Shown: positions 37,901 to 51,800 of the stretch, piece after piece
How the letters are laid out: the number at the start of each line of letters is the position of its first letter
How positions within the stretch are numbered: the first letter of the stretch is position 1
Assembly (NCBI GenBank): GCA_002633005.1
Contig: NMRA01000228.1
Coordinates: 8,676 to 72,675, forward strand
Length of the DNA: 64,000 nucleotides
Direction: 5' to 3'
DNA from: Phoronis australis
Lineage: Eukaryota > Animalia > Phoronida
The notes under the pieces: generated by a model
Told to the model about the DNA's origin: nothing
The model's database searches: none
Seen by the model: only the letters and a program-made list of their open reading frames with translations
Translations under genes and position numbers: made by a program

Positions 37901-40900
37901 GAAAGCGGCAAGGCTCAGTATTTTTGTACTGAAAAAACACATGACTAAATACACTGATGTTCCTGTCAATTGTTTGATGCATGGCAAATATATTACCGAT
38001 TGTGTTGAATGGTTCAGACATCTGGGGATTTAATCCTGCACAAGACATTGAAGTAGTGCACAATAAATTTTGTACGTTTTTATGTTGCGACTTGGACAAC
38101 ACTAGTTTCAAACGTTGCAGTGAGAGGAGAGCTTAATTGGTACGGTGGTGATGAAGGTACATTTATTATGGAGAATTGTTAAACTCTCAGGTTAAAGATT
38201 GTCAAAATTCCAAGCCATCGTTATGTTAGGATATGCTGTAATGCACGATGTGCAATATGAAATGGCTGAACAAAATAAGTGTTGCTGGTAGTGATAGGCC
38301 TTCCGACTCCTCAGGGACTCGCGGGCACTAAGCCGTTGTACTTCGAGCGCCAGGCACAATCTTAAGCCGGGTCAAGTAACCCTCCACCATACAAACAATC
38401 CAAGTCACAAAAATATTGGCGTTATCAGTAGCAAGCGGGTGGAGGCGGACGTGAAAACAGTCGAATGACCAGACGCCTACTAGCGAGTTTCCCACTGCCA
38501 CGGTGTCAGTCAGACCCGGCAGCTGCTATACAGTCATCCGTGGCGTGCACACTTCAGAATTCAAAAACATGTCACCCAGTCCTTTATGCAACGAAATTGA
38601 AAATTTGCACGACACAAACCTGTCATTATCAGTATATGTTGAAAACATCAATACAGGCTACGCGCTTCAGTCGCAAACAAGGTGAATAATCCACTGACCT
38701 GACCTGACATCTGTCATTAGCAGTATTCAGGCGAACAGATAAAGCGGGGCAATGTCAACTGACTGCAGTAGATCTACTTCACGTAAGATCACCTCGACAA
38801 CAATACGCAGCAGCTCTCTCGAAAATTGAAACCGAAACTGAGGAACAAACACACCTTCGAAGCGCCCTCATATGGTGACGGGCAAAGGCGAAGTCGCTAT
38901 CGAGACCACAACAAAATCGGCAGTGATCCCTTCAGTGGTGGTTCACCCTGACCCACCCCATTTTTTCCATGCTTACGTTACTTGCAAAGGCCCGAACAGT
39001 GGCTTCAGGCTATCTCCCAAAATGGATTAACAAAATATGTCATTTCGTATTATCTATTTGTAGCAGTCAGATAGTGGGCATCGGGTACCCATTCAGAGCT
39101 ACCCAGATTCAAGGCAAATGTTCCAGAAGAAACTTCTTTTTACTAGCAATCGTACTAGACTGGACAAATAAAGTAGAATGAAAGTCTGTGTCTGAAGGTA
39201 TTAGTACATAAGCGGATCCAGGGGGTCAAGGATGTCCGGACCCCTTTTTCCCTCGATCATTTAGTCATCATCGGGTATCAAATCTTGTTGCCTTGGCCTT
39301 GGACCCCCTTTTTAAAAAGTCCTTGATCCCACACCTCTTTTAAAAATCTTGGATTCGCCCCAGTGCGGTACGCGTTGTTTCCAACAACGTGACAGCAGAA
39401 ACCCGCCAGGATGCAATGACTACTATCGTTGGTACGATACATTTGTTTCAACATTTGAAACCACGGGGAGGGACTTCACCATTTCGAAACGCGGGGTCCG
39501 TCCCCGAGGTAGGCCTACCGCAACAGCCGGGTGCTCCACTGACGGGGGAGGCCAAGGTGGCACACAAGACAAAAACTGGAGCTATTTTACAAAACAGACA
39601 GTCACACAAATCTAACCATCAAGTCGTGGCAAGTAGGCCTACTGCACTTTTCAGTAAACGGTCCACCATAGCGAAAACAAGCTCTGTAATGTTCTTCTTA
39701 CAGACACAGTTCATTTTTCCAAAGTTATGCATCACTTCACAAACCATGGCGTTTCAAACCTTGCTTGCACTTTACTCACGCACTTTGAGCACTCCAAAAA
39801 CTTGAAGACGCACGGGCTGAATGCACGCACCGCTTTCTCATTCTTTATTAGTCAGTGAGGGCACGTCTCAAAATGAGTCGGTGAACAGAACAGAACAAAC
39901 TGCAGGGTAGGCCCTATGCCTTTTCGTCTACCTTATTGAAACCCTGCGTGAATTAGTCGTGTGTTAATTGAAGGGGGTCCCGAAACTATAGTACCAGAGT
40001 TTTAGCACCAAAGCCGAGTATGGGAAAATCAATTTTCCCACAATCCAATAGAAATGTTCAAGACACCATTATTTTTACCTCCACATTTGAAGATGAACTT
40101 GCGCAGTGGCGTCCATACAAACTTAAAATTCTAGATTATAACGTTAACCTTTGCACCACACATCCAGGTTGCTGCCAAGAAGAGCAAAATGTGCCTTCAC
40201 TTTCCAAGAGATTTGGCTGCCAGTGTTGTCCCATGCAGAGTCCATTGGATCAATGGCACAAAAATTCAAAATGGAAAACGCAATAAACACGAGCTGTCGC
40301 TGCAGTGTATCAGGTAATCTTTTATTTCTTTTAACTCAGTGGAATGTAAACATTGCATAGTTTCTATATCTAGTTTCAATTCATAACAATTATTTCATTT
40401 CACCAGTAAAGAGCTACATGTCCTTGCCTGCTATTACAGCAAACAGAAGAGTTGGCATAGTAACTAAAAACATGATTTGTATTGCCACTCTTTCACGATT
40501 GTTCTATATTGAAGCTGCGGCATAACTACAGAAATACGAATACATACACAACGTACCGAGAGTGGGGTATATGAAGTAATATCCCATGAGACATTATTCC
40601 GCGTATCCACCGAGATCCCATACGCTTCGAATTCCTAAGTTTCTTTCATTTTTTCTGCAGATTATTTTAATGCTTCACTCAGACTGTCACGTAGCGTATT
40701 ACATCGTATTACATCCTATACGTATGTACTTTCCATGTCAGAGGTCACTGTTGAAGTAGTGCGAATACGGAAAACTTTATTACATGGCCGTATGTCCCTC
40801 GACAGATTCAAAGCTATGGGAAAAAATGATTATCTATGTCAGATCACAGGCGCTTGAGTTTATCTGTTCCTGGATCACTACTGGCGTCACTCAATACTAA

Positions 40901-40983
40901 AAAAACATGTTTCTTACATATGGTTAGTCATCGGGGAAATTCGAGCGCCTGTGTATCAGATGGCACATATTAACTAATATCTA

Positions 40984-41136
40984 CAGTGGCGGATTTAGGG
41001 GGGGGGGGGGCAAGGGGCCATGGCTTTCTCCAAAATTATCCCAGATTCCATTTGGAAGTACTGGGGTGCGAATGTCCGAGGGGCAAAATCCTGGCTAATA
41101 CTCTGCCCCCAACTCAAAATCCTGGATCTGCCCCTG
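40984..41136 (-). mobile_element. MITE family D copy
   Basis: Reverse-complement match to 15213-15363. Confidence 0.8.
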
Positions 41137-42248
41137 GTCTATTGACTACAGAAAATCTATGGCATTTGGCAGGGAAGGTATAGTATTTAGCACTGTTTAA
41201 ATCAATTGCATTACAACTAATTGTTCATCTACAAACAATTACACAACACAAGAGCAACGCAGAGCAGATATGCACCCACAGTTGGCATCACATACTGTGC
41301 AGATACAAGGCATGACCATAATTTTAAACGTCCCCGGTTAGTGAACTTAATAATAGCCTCTACTAGGAGGTGTGAAGCAAGTCAGAAATGCTCTTCTCAA
41401 CAGGGAGGGCTTACAGCTGCTTTAGATAGGGCTAGGAGTTAGGATTAAAACTTAGTAATATTTGAATAACTTTGGTCAACCTTAACAGTACACAACTTAA
41501 ACTGATGTCTTCTTCCAGGACTGAATTTCCTTGATCACCTAACCATTGCTCTGTTGGCTTGAAAAAGACTGCCGGTGAGTAAGGTAAACCAGGCATGTCA
41601 AAAATCTTGAATAAGCTTGTGGTACCATTTACCTTTTTCAACATTGAACTTCAAGCTTGGAAAAGTTTGTCTTGGTCACCCTTACTGAGTATGTAACATA
41701 ATTCAAGCTGACTATCTTATAAGTGAATTCCGTCACCAAGCAAAACTCTTTAATGTTTTCTTATGAACTAGTGCTGAAAATAAACATGAGCTTTTTGTGC
41801 ATGACAACGTAGCTCTAGCAATGTACTCAAGTGCATCAATATAAGAACACCTGCCACATTGTTAGCAAGGTTGTGCACCTTTTTCATAATTACTTTTTAT
41901 CTTGAAATGATTTATAAAATTAACAATGGAATTTCCCTCTGTTAAGCTATCTCAAAATGTCCTATTTACAAATGTTCCATTGACAGAATCACATTTCATC
42001 AAAGTACTGTTCTGCACTGTTCAAGTTGGATGAAATGCTAAGATAAGGCCAAAAAGCATACTTGGTTCTTGTCTGTACCCCTACTCATTTTGAGACATGC
42101 ACTCACCAACTAAAAAACAAACACCCGCCCACATCAGTTTCAGCCAAGGACACATTTTTTTGAAAAACTGCACAAATGCACATAAACAAGGGTAAGCAGG
42201 GTTTGGAAGCCAAGATTTGCCAACCGATGAGTAACAAATAAATCCCAG

Positions 42249-42496
42249 GGGCCAGTTCCAAGAAAACTGACTTAGCTAAGACAAATCTTAAATTTAAGTC
42301 AATTTTTAAATAAAACTTTAATTTGTTTTAAAACTGTTCCAAGAAAGTCATCGTAAATTTGACACAAGTTCTTTACTTAAAATTTGTCTCAAGTGCGACT
42401 AACTTTATGGTTATGGAAGTTTCAAAGTTTGGAAGCTGAGACAAGTTTTAAACTTAAGTCAAAAATGAACTTAAGTCAATTTTTTGGAACGCTCCC
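42249..42496. mobile_element. PIF/Harbinger-like MITE just downstream of the UCP4 stop
   Basis: TSD CAG on both sides; same family as 19586-19806. Confidence 0.8.
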
Positions 42497-42783
42497 CAGG
42501 TCATTTTTGCTTGTATATGGTGAATTTTCGAAAATTTTGAACAAATGAGCAAAACAAATTCCACATAATCAACTAGATTTTCAAAACACCACAGACTAGA
42601 ACCAACTACGCTTTGTTTTCCCTAATTGCTGAAGACCTGAAGACCGACTTTCAATGAGATCGGTGGGTGCCATGAACTGTTGTCCATAAATGCCAAATAC
42701 ATTTAAATCAAAAATTTGAGCACAATACATTTCCACACGGACAGCCAATTTTACACACTGCTTAGGATTACAGTGAGCAAACA

Positions 42784-42855
42784 TCAAAATGAGCTAACTC
42801 CAGATACTTTGCGTATTTCTTCGTAACTTAACCAAAACACCAATGACCAGGGAGC
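42784..42855 (-). CDS. SLC25A27: UCP4 last coding exon
   Basis: [23 protein letters not shown]. Confidence 0.95.
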   Translation of the reverse strand, partial: APWSLVFWLSYEEIRKVSGVSSF

Positions 42856-45800
42856 CTGCAAAAAAGAATATTTCGACAAAATCAATCCAATGTTTGACAT
42901 AATACCAATGTCAAAAAATGGAAGAGGTAAAATTGCTACTATAAAAATTCATCCTATTATGTTCTTCAAATTTGGATATAATTTCCGCAAAGTCAAATTC
43001 TGATGATACAATGTTAAGTGCATTTGCATCTACTTGTGATTTTTCAGATTTTGAATAGTTGTAAAACAGAAAATCATTTCATACTGACCACCTCAACAAA
43101 ACAAAGGTAACGTCAAGTAGAGAAATAAGGTTTAATCGTGTATTCAAGCACTTCCATGCATTATAGTAAGCAATATTAGTGAACTTCACATGGAGTCAAT
43201 GGGGAGTACGAAAAATTGCCAATCCTGGCACACATAGGTGACAAATATGTTTATTTTGCTTTATACTTTTATTTCTCAATAGCACTACCCTTTACAGTTC
43301 TGTTGCTTTTAATGAGTATTATTAAGATTATGTATGACCCTAAAAATATCCAACTTCGTTAAACTTGAGAACAACATATCTCCAAAATGGCCGACCCGAT
43401 TCATACAAAATTTTCAGCCACCATGCTTCATGCACTGTTCTTCATAACTTTGGAATTGATTCTAAAATGTTGCAGCATTTTTGGATGAGGGGCAATAAAA
43501 AGTTGCATAAAAGAAATGATGATTTACAAAACTGTAAAGGCATTTTTGAGATTTCATCATGAACAGCTTATATCAAATGAAATTCGGTCATGTAATTGAC
43601 ACCGCTGCTTTGCTACATGGACATACCTTTATGTTTTTCTAAATTTTACCAGAAATACATTGGTCATGCGACCCAATTGATGGCAGATGATATAAAGCCA
43701 AATATTAAATTCTACAGGCTTTGTATTTTCAGAAAATATATACTTTTCCCAAGCTGAAATTTATAATTTTGAAGATATTTGGCTAAATACAAAATACATA
43801 GACTAGTCATTAAGGTCTCATATCACCTTGAGCTGCAAAAGGTGCAATAAATAAATATGAATGCTACAAAACAAACAAATATTACCATTCGAGACCATAT
43901 AGGAATAAATCCTTTGTAGAGTGCAAGGAAACCTTCCTCACGAACTGTTTTCAATAGACAGTCTACAGATGACTTGTAAAGAAGACCCCTGTAGATATAA
44001 CAAAAAAATATTACAAGAAATGCCAGACAACAAGAGCAACTTGGTGCACTGATATGCACACACAGTGCACTGTTACCAGCATGTTTTCAGAGCTCAGTGG
44101 CAGAGGGCAGGGGGGGGGGGTCTGTCCACTCAGGGGGGTGGCATTTCGTGCAAATGATAACATACAGCACAGAAAGGATACAAAAGCAGAGGAAAAGAAG
44201 ATGGATTATGATAAAAAGGACACGAGTAGACATTTCACACACATAAATGATCTGAAAGTAAAGGCCAATCAGTAAGTCATATCAATCAATTTTCAACTGT
44301 AAATGTTTTATTGCCGAGTCTACACATAGTTCCTCAAAAGAAGTAAAGCGAGTGACAATCACCGAGTAACGTCACTTGACTTGCCGAATAAAACATCACT
44401 TAAATTTGCAGGTTGGCCTGTGGACAAATCAATTCATCACACGCACACTCTAGCTGGGACCGTCTAAAAAAGGATGTCTATGGCTGGGACCACCAATGAA
44501 AGCAGTGTTGCACTCAAGTGGGAAGAAAATAAAGTGGCAAAGCGTTTAAGGTATTACATTTTGAAGCAAATCCATGACCCAGGACAATAATCTGTTACTT
44601 GTATTATAATTCACATTCCCAAACCACCATCTCTGACGGTGTCGTTACATTCTTTGTCATCATTGATTTTTTATCTAAAAATGGGTAATCGCGCATTTCC
44701 TTAGCACCGGGAGCGTAATCATCAATCTTCAAAAGACGGGGATGGGCGCTTAACCGAGCGGTGGGCGCTTAACTGGAAATCTTCAAAAATCGCAGAGGGG
44801 CGGTTAACCAAGCAGTGGGGGGTTAAATCGAAAATCCACCTAAAGTTGGGGATGGGCAGTTAAGTGAGCATGGGCGTTAACCCGAACGTTTACGGTAATT
44901 TCTATTTCAACGTGTATTTGGCAGTGGTCTACATACCGCTAAGTGGCTGGCTACAGACTATTCAGAAATGTCTCGAAAAAACATTCTGCTTGTTATTTTG
45001 TTATGTATCTTTACTAAGATAGTTAATGGTAGCCCAACAATGGCTACAAGTATATTTTAGCAATGATAACAGTTTGCAGTCTCTGCTGCACACTTACTCA
45101 AACCAACAGCAGAGCAGTATATGGGCAGTGAGGTTACAGAAGTGCTGCTGATATCGAGCAGTATCAATGTGGAATTGAAACAGCAAAAACAATAATTATC
45201 ACTTTGTTCAGATGTACGTAACTCTGAGACCTTCTTAGTTCACGGCCTTTATTGCTGAACATCGTTTTTACAACAAATCACAGAAAAGACTGGGAACTGT
45301 GAGTAGCTGTTTCTTATCAATGATTAACACAAGAGGAGACACAAATACCATCAAAAAGACAGTGCTTGTTTTAAACATCAATGACTATACCTGCCATTTT
45401 CTGTTGGCTGGTTCATGACTCTCGTCTTAATGACATCAGCCGGTGTCCCTAGTAAGGCTGAAGTGATTCCTGAACAAACGCTGAAAACAACAACACACGA
45501 GTTTCTTAAATGTACACGCTGGCATGTCAAAGCTTTTAGCAGTAGATCACACCATCTGAGAATTGTACATTCAAGAAATTTTCAGCAACAATTACCCGAG
45601 ATCAAAAAGGATATGTAGAAAACCCTTTTGTCAGACTATTACTCCGAGACCAATATCACAACACATGACAAAAAGTTAAATACATCATAAAATCAAAATC
45701 AATGCCAAAAATTTTTTTTTCTCATTTTCCAAACTTAAAGGCATAGACCCAGACTTTTCCTGACTTTACATAAATTCATAAGCTGTACTGAGAAAAAAAG

Positions 45801-48800
45801 CACGTCCCACGAACTCCCCGGTCTTATTGTCACCTCAGTAGTGAGCATGCTAATATTGGACAACTGTTGACAACAGACTCAGACTAAACTGAAGACAATC
45901 TCATACACAAGTCATGTTGATCAATGTGTGCCACTTTTTGGCTAACACAGGGTCTTAAGGCAACTCAAAAATGAAAATAGCAAAATAATAGCGACTGTTG
46001 TCGTGACCACATAGACACACACAATTATGTAGATTGACGACTCAAAAACACAATTACTAGTAGTGCGACTAATAGAGGACATACATAAGAACAACTTAAA
46101 GTCTTACCTGGCAAGAGTATGTGAAACCCATGTATCACCTAGATTTGTCTTTCGTATTATTAAATGTTTTGCTGTGTCGTAAGTTGCTAGGTCTAAAACA
46201 GAAAATAACCTGACATTTAAAAAACTGCGAAATAAAATGCATAAAAACCTTGTGCAATTGAGAAACTTCACTTTTACTACTACAAATGATTATGAAATGT
46301 GATTTCCTCAAACAAGACAAAGATATACAATGATATAGTCATTACCAAACAAAAAGCAATGCCATGTGCCCATGGGAAGTGCAACAACACAATTTAACAA
46401 TAGAAAAGTTTAGAACTTGACTTAACAACTCTCCTTAATTTTTGCCTAGGATGTCTCTGGCGACATAAATCTTGGAGAAAAGAGTACAAGCTTCCTCTGC
46501 AATAAAACGTTAATAAAACAAGACCAGTGCAACGTGCTGATATGCCCTCACAGAGCACCGCAAACAGTCTGTTTCTAGGGGTACTTATCAGCTCTGTGTA
46601 AGGTACAAGGAAACAACAGTTTGGTTACAAGGGGGTGCAATAGTCAGAATTGACAAAAAGACGTTTATGCACCCCTTTTTAAACTAACATCAAATCAAGA
46701 AGTTCACAAAATGAACAGTTTTTAAAATTTTCAAAAAAGAAATAAATGAAAGCACTCCGAGGAGCAACACCTGGTAAAATCAAATAAAAATTTAAAGGTG
46801 AGGTAGACGACGAACAGCAACTACCGACGATTACACCAACACATTAAACAGACTGTGAGAAATTTGAAAAGGTTGGTTCAAAGGAGCTAGAGCTCCAAAA
46901 AACACAATTAACAAAATGGCTGCCACAGCGACATCTTGCCTCCAATTTCATTCAAGAACAAAAGTCCTCCGGCTATTGACTAAGTAAACACTGTATATAA
47001 CTTTCATGTTGATCAGACAACAATGCAATCTCTAGTGTATTATCAAATATGGCAGGCTAACAAAGAGCAGATATAACTAACTAGTCAACAAAAGAACAGT
47101 CATCTGAGCAGTAAATCTCAAATAACGCAAGAACGGTAAGTCATAGCAATGCTGATACCACTTGAAGATTTATCCACATGCCAAATTTCAGACAGATATG
47201 TCAATGGATGCCGAAGACACGGCATAAAAACTAAGTTAATTTGAGACTCTAGGTAAGAGCTGGAGAATAGCAAATGACACATTAGCGATAGCCTTTGAAA
47301 TGATCTATCCACAAAAATCGGAGAAAATCCCACTAGAAACAGCAAACCAAAAAGGGAAAAATGGCCGCCACAGCGCCAGCTTGCGTCAGATTTTAGCCAA
47401 AAGCAATAGGCATCAAGGCATTCACGAGACACATGTTGTGCATAAATTTCACATTGATCCAATAGCGATCTGTAGTGAGGGAACAAAGAAATAAAGAAAA
47501 AAATTATGACCAAGCAACATTCTTGGAGAAATTTCATTTCACCAAGTAAAAATGCCACAAAGGAACACTAGGCATCTAGTTCAAATCGACTTTTTTCACA
47601 ACAATCATGAGGACTGGTATGGTAGATAAAAAGACAGACACAAAATGGCATACAGGGACACACCACTTGTTGTTGCTCAACTCCAAAATGGAATGGTCAA
47701 CAGGAAGCACTGCAGTAGTCAAATTTGCTCAAAATTTGAATCGTGTCAGCATTTTTGTCACATCGTGTCAGGTTTCATTGAAAACCCCTAATTGGTTCTC
47801 TATAGAGATCCAGAATTGCTCTTTACCCAAAAATACAAAAAGAGCCCTTTCTCTAGACTAAATAAAACACAGTGGTCGAGTCCAAATTGCCATCACATGC
47901 GTGAGTCAAGTTTCAGTAAAACCTATCAATCGTTTCTCAAGGCATCACTCAGAAACACTCTTCCCAAAAACACTGAAAAGCTTCACCCCTGGCCCCAGGA
48001 CACCGGCAGATTGAAAAGTGGCATGCAACGCCCTAGAGATGCTCTACACTTTTGTGCCAAATTTCATCAAAATTCACCATTTTTTGGGATACCAAGCGCA
48101 CACCAGACCGGATGACAGTAATATCCACCCACATATACAAACAAAGGTGCGTATAAAGTAAAACAACATCAGAATCAGTGAAGAAATGAGTACAATCACA
48201 TAAGTTCACATCCGCGTTGCCACTAGCAATCTGTTTCAAAAAGATGCACAAAGTGAACTGATGGTTAACTTCAATTAATTCTAAATGAGTTCCTACAGAT
48301 ATCTAAAGTGGGGTGTCAAAGAACTTTGACTTTTCTTGAGTTAAAGCAATTTCGAAGCATAAACGGATCAGACCTCTTGACCTAAGTCTAGGTTGTCTTT
48401 TCAACGTAGGAACAAATATGGTCGCCAGAGCTGAAGCAGTGGAAGTAGGCAATTTCTTCAAGTATTAAAACTTGAATGGCTAACCTGCATGGAGGTGACA
48501 GGTTGTAGAAACATTCTTCATTTTTTAATATTAAATCACTTTAAAGCATCGAAGAGATCACATGAAGGATTTATGAAACTACTACAGTAGAATATCTCCC
48601 ACCTGCTTCTGTATGGCGCTGCATGTCTCATGACATCCATGCAAAACTTTATAAATTCAATAATATTTGTAAAATGATATTTCAGGGTCGTACAATTTGG
48701 TCGCGCTTCAGGAAATACACATCTTATCAAACTGAAGGGTATCGCGTTACTTGTGTAGAGTCCGTGATAGGTTATTTTCCTACAGCCGCTAGGTGCCGCC

Positions 48801-51800
48801 ACTGCATTTGTAATATACCAAGGGTAAGTAAAGAAAGTCAGTTATCTTACCACCTAAATTAACTAGCGCGGCTCTCTGTACGTTGGGTACCCAGCCTCTC
48901 CATAGACCTCTGTAGCCACTATCTTGGATGATCTGGCGGAATGCATGGGCCATACTCTTCACTCTGTTGTTAAAATGATTAGAGAATGCATAGGTTAGGT
49001 GCAAACATACAGCATTGTGAACTCAACAGAAAACAGATCTGAACAATTGATAAGTATCAAACACTTCAAGAGCACGAAAAACTGATGACACAGGGATATA
49101 ATAATAGTAATAATAATAAACTTTATTTATAGAGGATAAAATACAATACTACTTAAACATGCTTTAGCTAAAGGCTAATATACGGCATGACCCTCTTGCA
49201 GCAATAAATTAAATAATTTAATTTAATTTAACTTAATTTAATCTAATTTAATTTATTTTATTTAATTTATTGCTGCAAGAGGGTCATGCCGTATATTAGC
49301 CTTTAGCTAAAGCATGTTTTAAGTAGTATTTAATTGAATATAACTTAATTTAATCTAATTTAATTTATTTTATTTACAAATTGAATTTACAAATTGAATT
49401 AAAAATAAATTATAACGTCTACATAATATATACAATGAATTCTACAGAGGACAAATGACTGAAACAAAGGGACAACATAACGTCATAACCATCCGCTTCC
49501 TTCAGGCTACTTGGTAAGTGGAAAATTCTGACACACAACACCTGAATCCGATTTCCACAAAAAGAATAAGCTTCAAGCTATTCACAAGACACACCGTTTG
49601 TATAAAAATTTCATGTCCATTGTGTACGAAATGCAACCCGTAACATGTGAACAAAAAACACAAAAAAGTTGATGACAAAGGAAAATATTTGACATTTGGC
49701 AAGCAACGAAATAGCTCAAAGGGGTATGTCATTAGCTGAAAAATTGGCGAGTGCCCTTTTTTCCTCAATATAAATCTAGCTGTTAGATTTCATAGAAATA
49801 CTTGAAGGACTTTGGTACAGGCAGATAGAGACACAGATACCGAAACAAAAAAGTCTAATCAAAAGTAACCAGTACAGGACAAAGTTGGGCTTGTCCAAAA
49901 ACTGAATTGTGAAGTGCCACAAACTTAAGTATTAGTACATACTGCAATAGAACAATATTATCTAGTTACGAATAAAAAACAACATTGCACTTTGACTTTT
50001 ATAAACACGCACCACAAATCTGTGTTTCCCTATAATGTAAACGGCACTGAGGGTATTGTTTTTTTCCAATAAAACTGGAAACGAGAGTTCGAGACCTACA
50101 CATTGTGAAAGAGTATGCGCTAACAATACATACCCTCCCAGTAGATCATCAATTTCCATCTGACAGTTCCACTTACCTAGCTGGATGTCCTTCCAACCTT
50201 CGTTTTCCCTCCATCTGCATCTGTACTTTGACTATGTCGGCTGGACTAGTAATAAACTGGGCCAGACCGCCAGCAGTCAAGCCACCAAGAGCAGCCTTCC
50301 TGGGAAATACAAAGTGTACAGATCAACTAGAACTTAATGCTTTAACTGCTAGTGGAAACGAAATATACAACATGAAAAATTCATAGAATGCATTCATGGG
50401 ACACATGAACACATATACTGAGTATGCAATAATGGTTTACGACTACCTCTACTCAAGTCAATTCTTATATGTTGGGCTGATTCTAGGGATAATGAAAGAA
50501 AATATCACATCCACAGATACTTCTCGAGTTCACACAACTTTCTGCCATCGAAATTGCAGCAATAAGACTTTGCTGGCATTGGAAGGTTAAATATCGTTAA
50601 TGTAGTAAAGAAAAATTTGAAAAAGAAAGGTACGGACAAGAGACATGAGAAACCTCCGCTGATGCACTATTTTATTTTGGTGTACGTAAGGTTGCATAAT
50701 GTTACATATGTAATCAGGCTCAAGCTTCTTATACAACCGACATTCCGGTACTATCCGGCCTTCTTGACATGAACCGCTATACTGGTAACGCTTACAACGC
50801 TAACGATGTTTTCATGGAGCCTAGAGCCTATATCATTGCAAGTTTATACTATTTTTCTCATATTACCGTAGAATTCACTGGCTGTTTCTCGTATTGTGTA
50901 TGACTGCTTAGCCCATGCTATATTACATGGAATATCTTCATTGTATTGCAAAGTGAACGCTGTATTTCCCAAAACTTATTATTCGTTATATTTGTTTCAG
51001 TGAAACCGGCCTCGTCGTACAGTAAGCATTCAACATCAACTTTGTTGTGAATAAACGTATCATATCCGACTATCCCGTGTGTTCAATGCTCATTGCTCCT
51101 ACATATATTTTCACATGAATGCTCAAGAAACGACCAAGAGTTTGGACATGAATCCAGGAACAGTGGACGAGTTTCACAATGCCCCTATTAACCTCGATAC
51201 CGTGAATAGGGAGCCAACCGAGCGTGGCCTAAGAACCATTCAACGAGCGAGGAAAGCTGAACTGCAAATTAAGCAAGACATTCCGAAACGACAACAAGAG
51301 TTGGTTTTAGAAGAACTACGTTTGGATGCGGAACGACGCTAGGACAGTATAATATGTTTCAAGCATCAGGAACTTGAGATTCACGCCGCGTTAGCTGAAT
51401 TGGAAGCCGGGTTCGATGACATTAGTGAGCAGCATACCCCTCTAGCAACCCTCACAGTTCGCCACTCAATGTATCTGCATCAGAATTTGTGCCCGTATCT
51501 TCGTTATGTAATCCAGTAACTGTGACTATGTCGACACCTGCTGTGTCTGCAGTGCCTGGGTTCGCATCAGACTTTGTGCCTGTATCTTCGTTATGTGATC
51601 CAGTGACTGTGACTATGTCGACACCTGCTGTGTCTGCAGTGCCTAGGTTTGTACCTTGTGATCCAGTGACTATGTTGACACAGGCTGCATCCGCCAATAC
51701 CACATTAGCGCCACCTGTTATGAACTGTCATTACAATCCACCGGCTACATCGTCCTCGCCCGCACTGGCGCCACCTGCTGTTAACACTTGTTACTATCCG

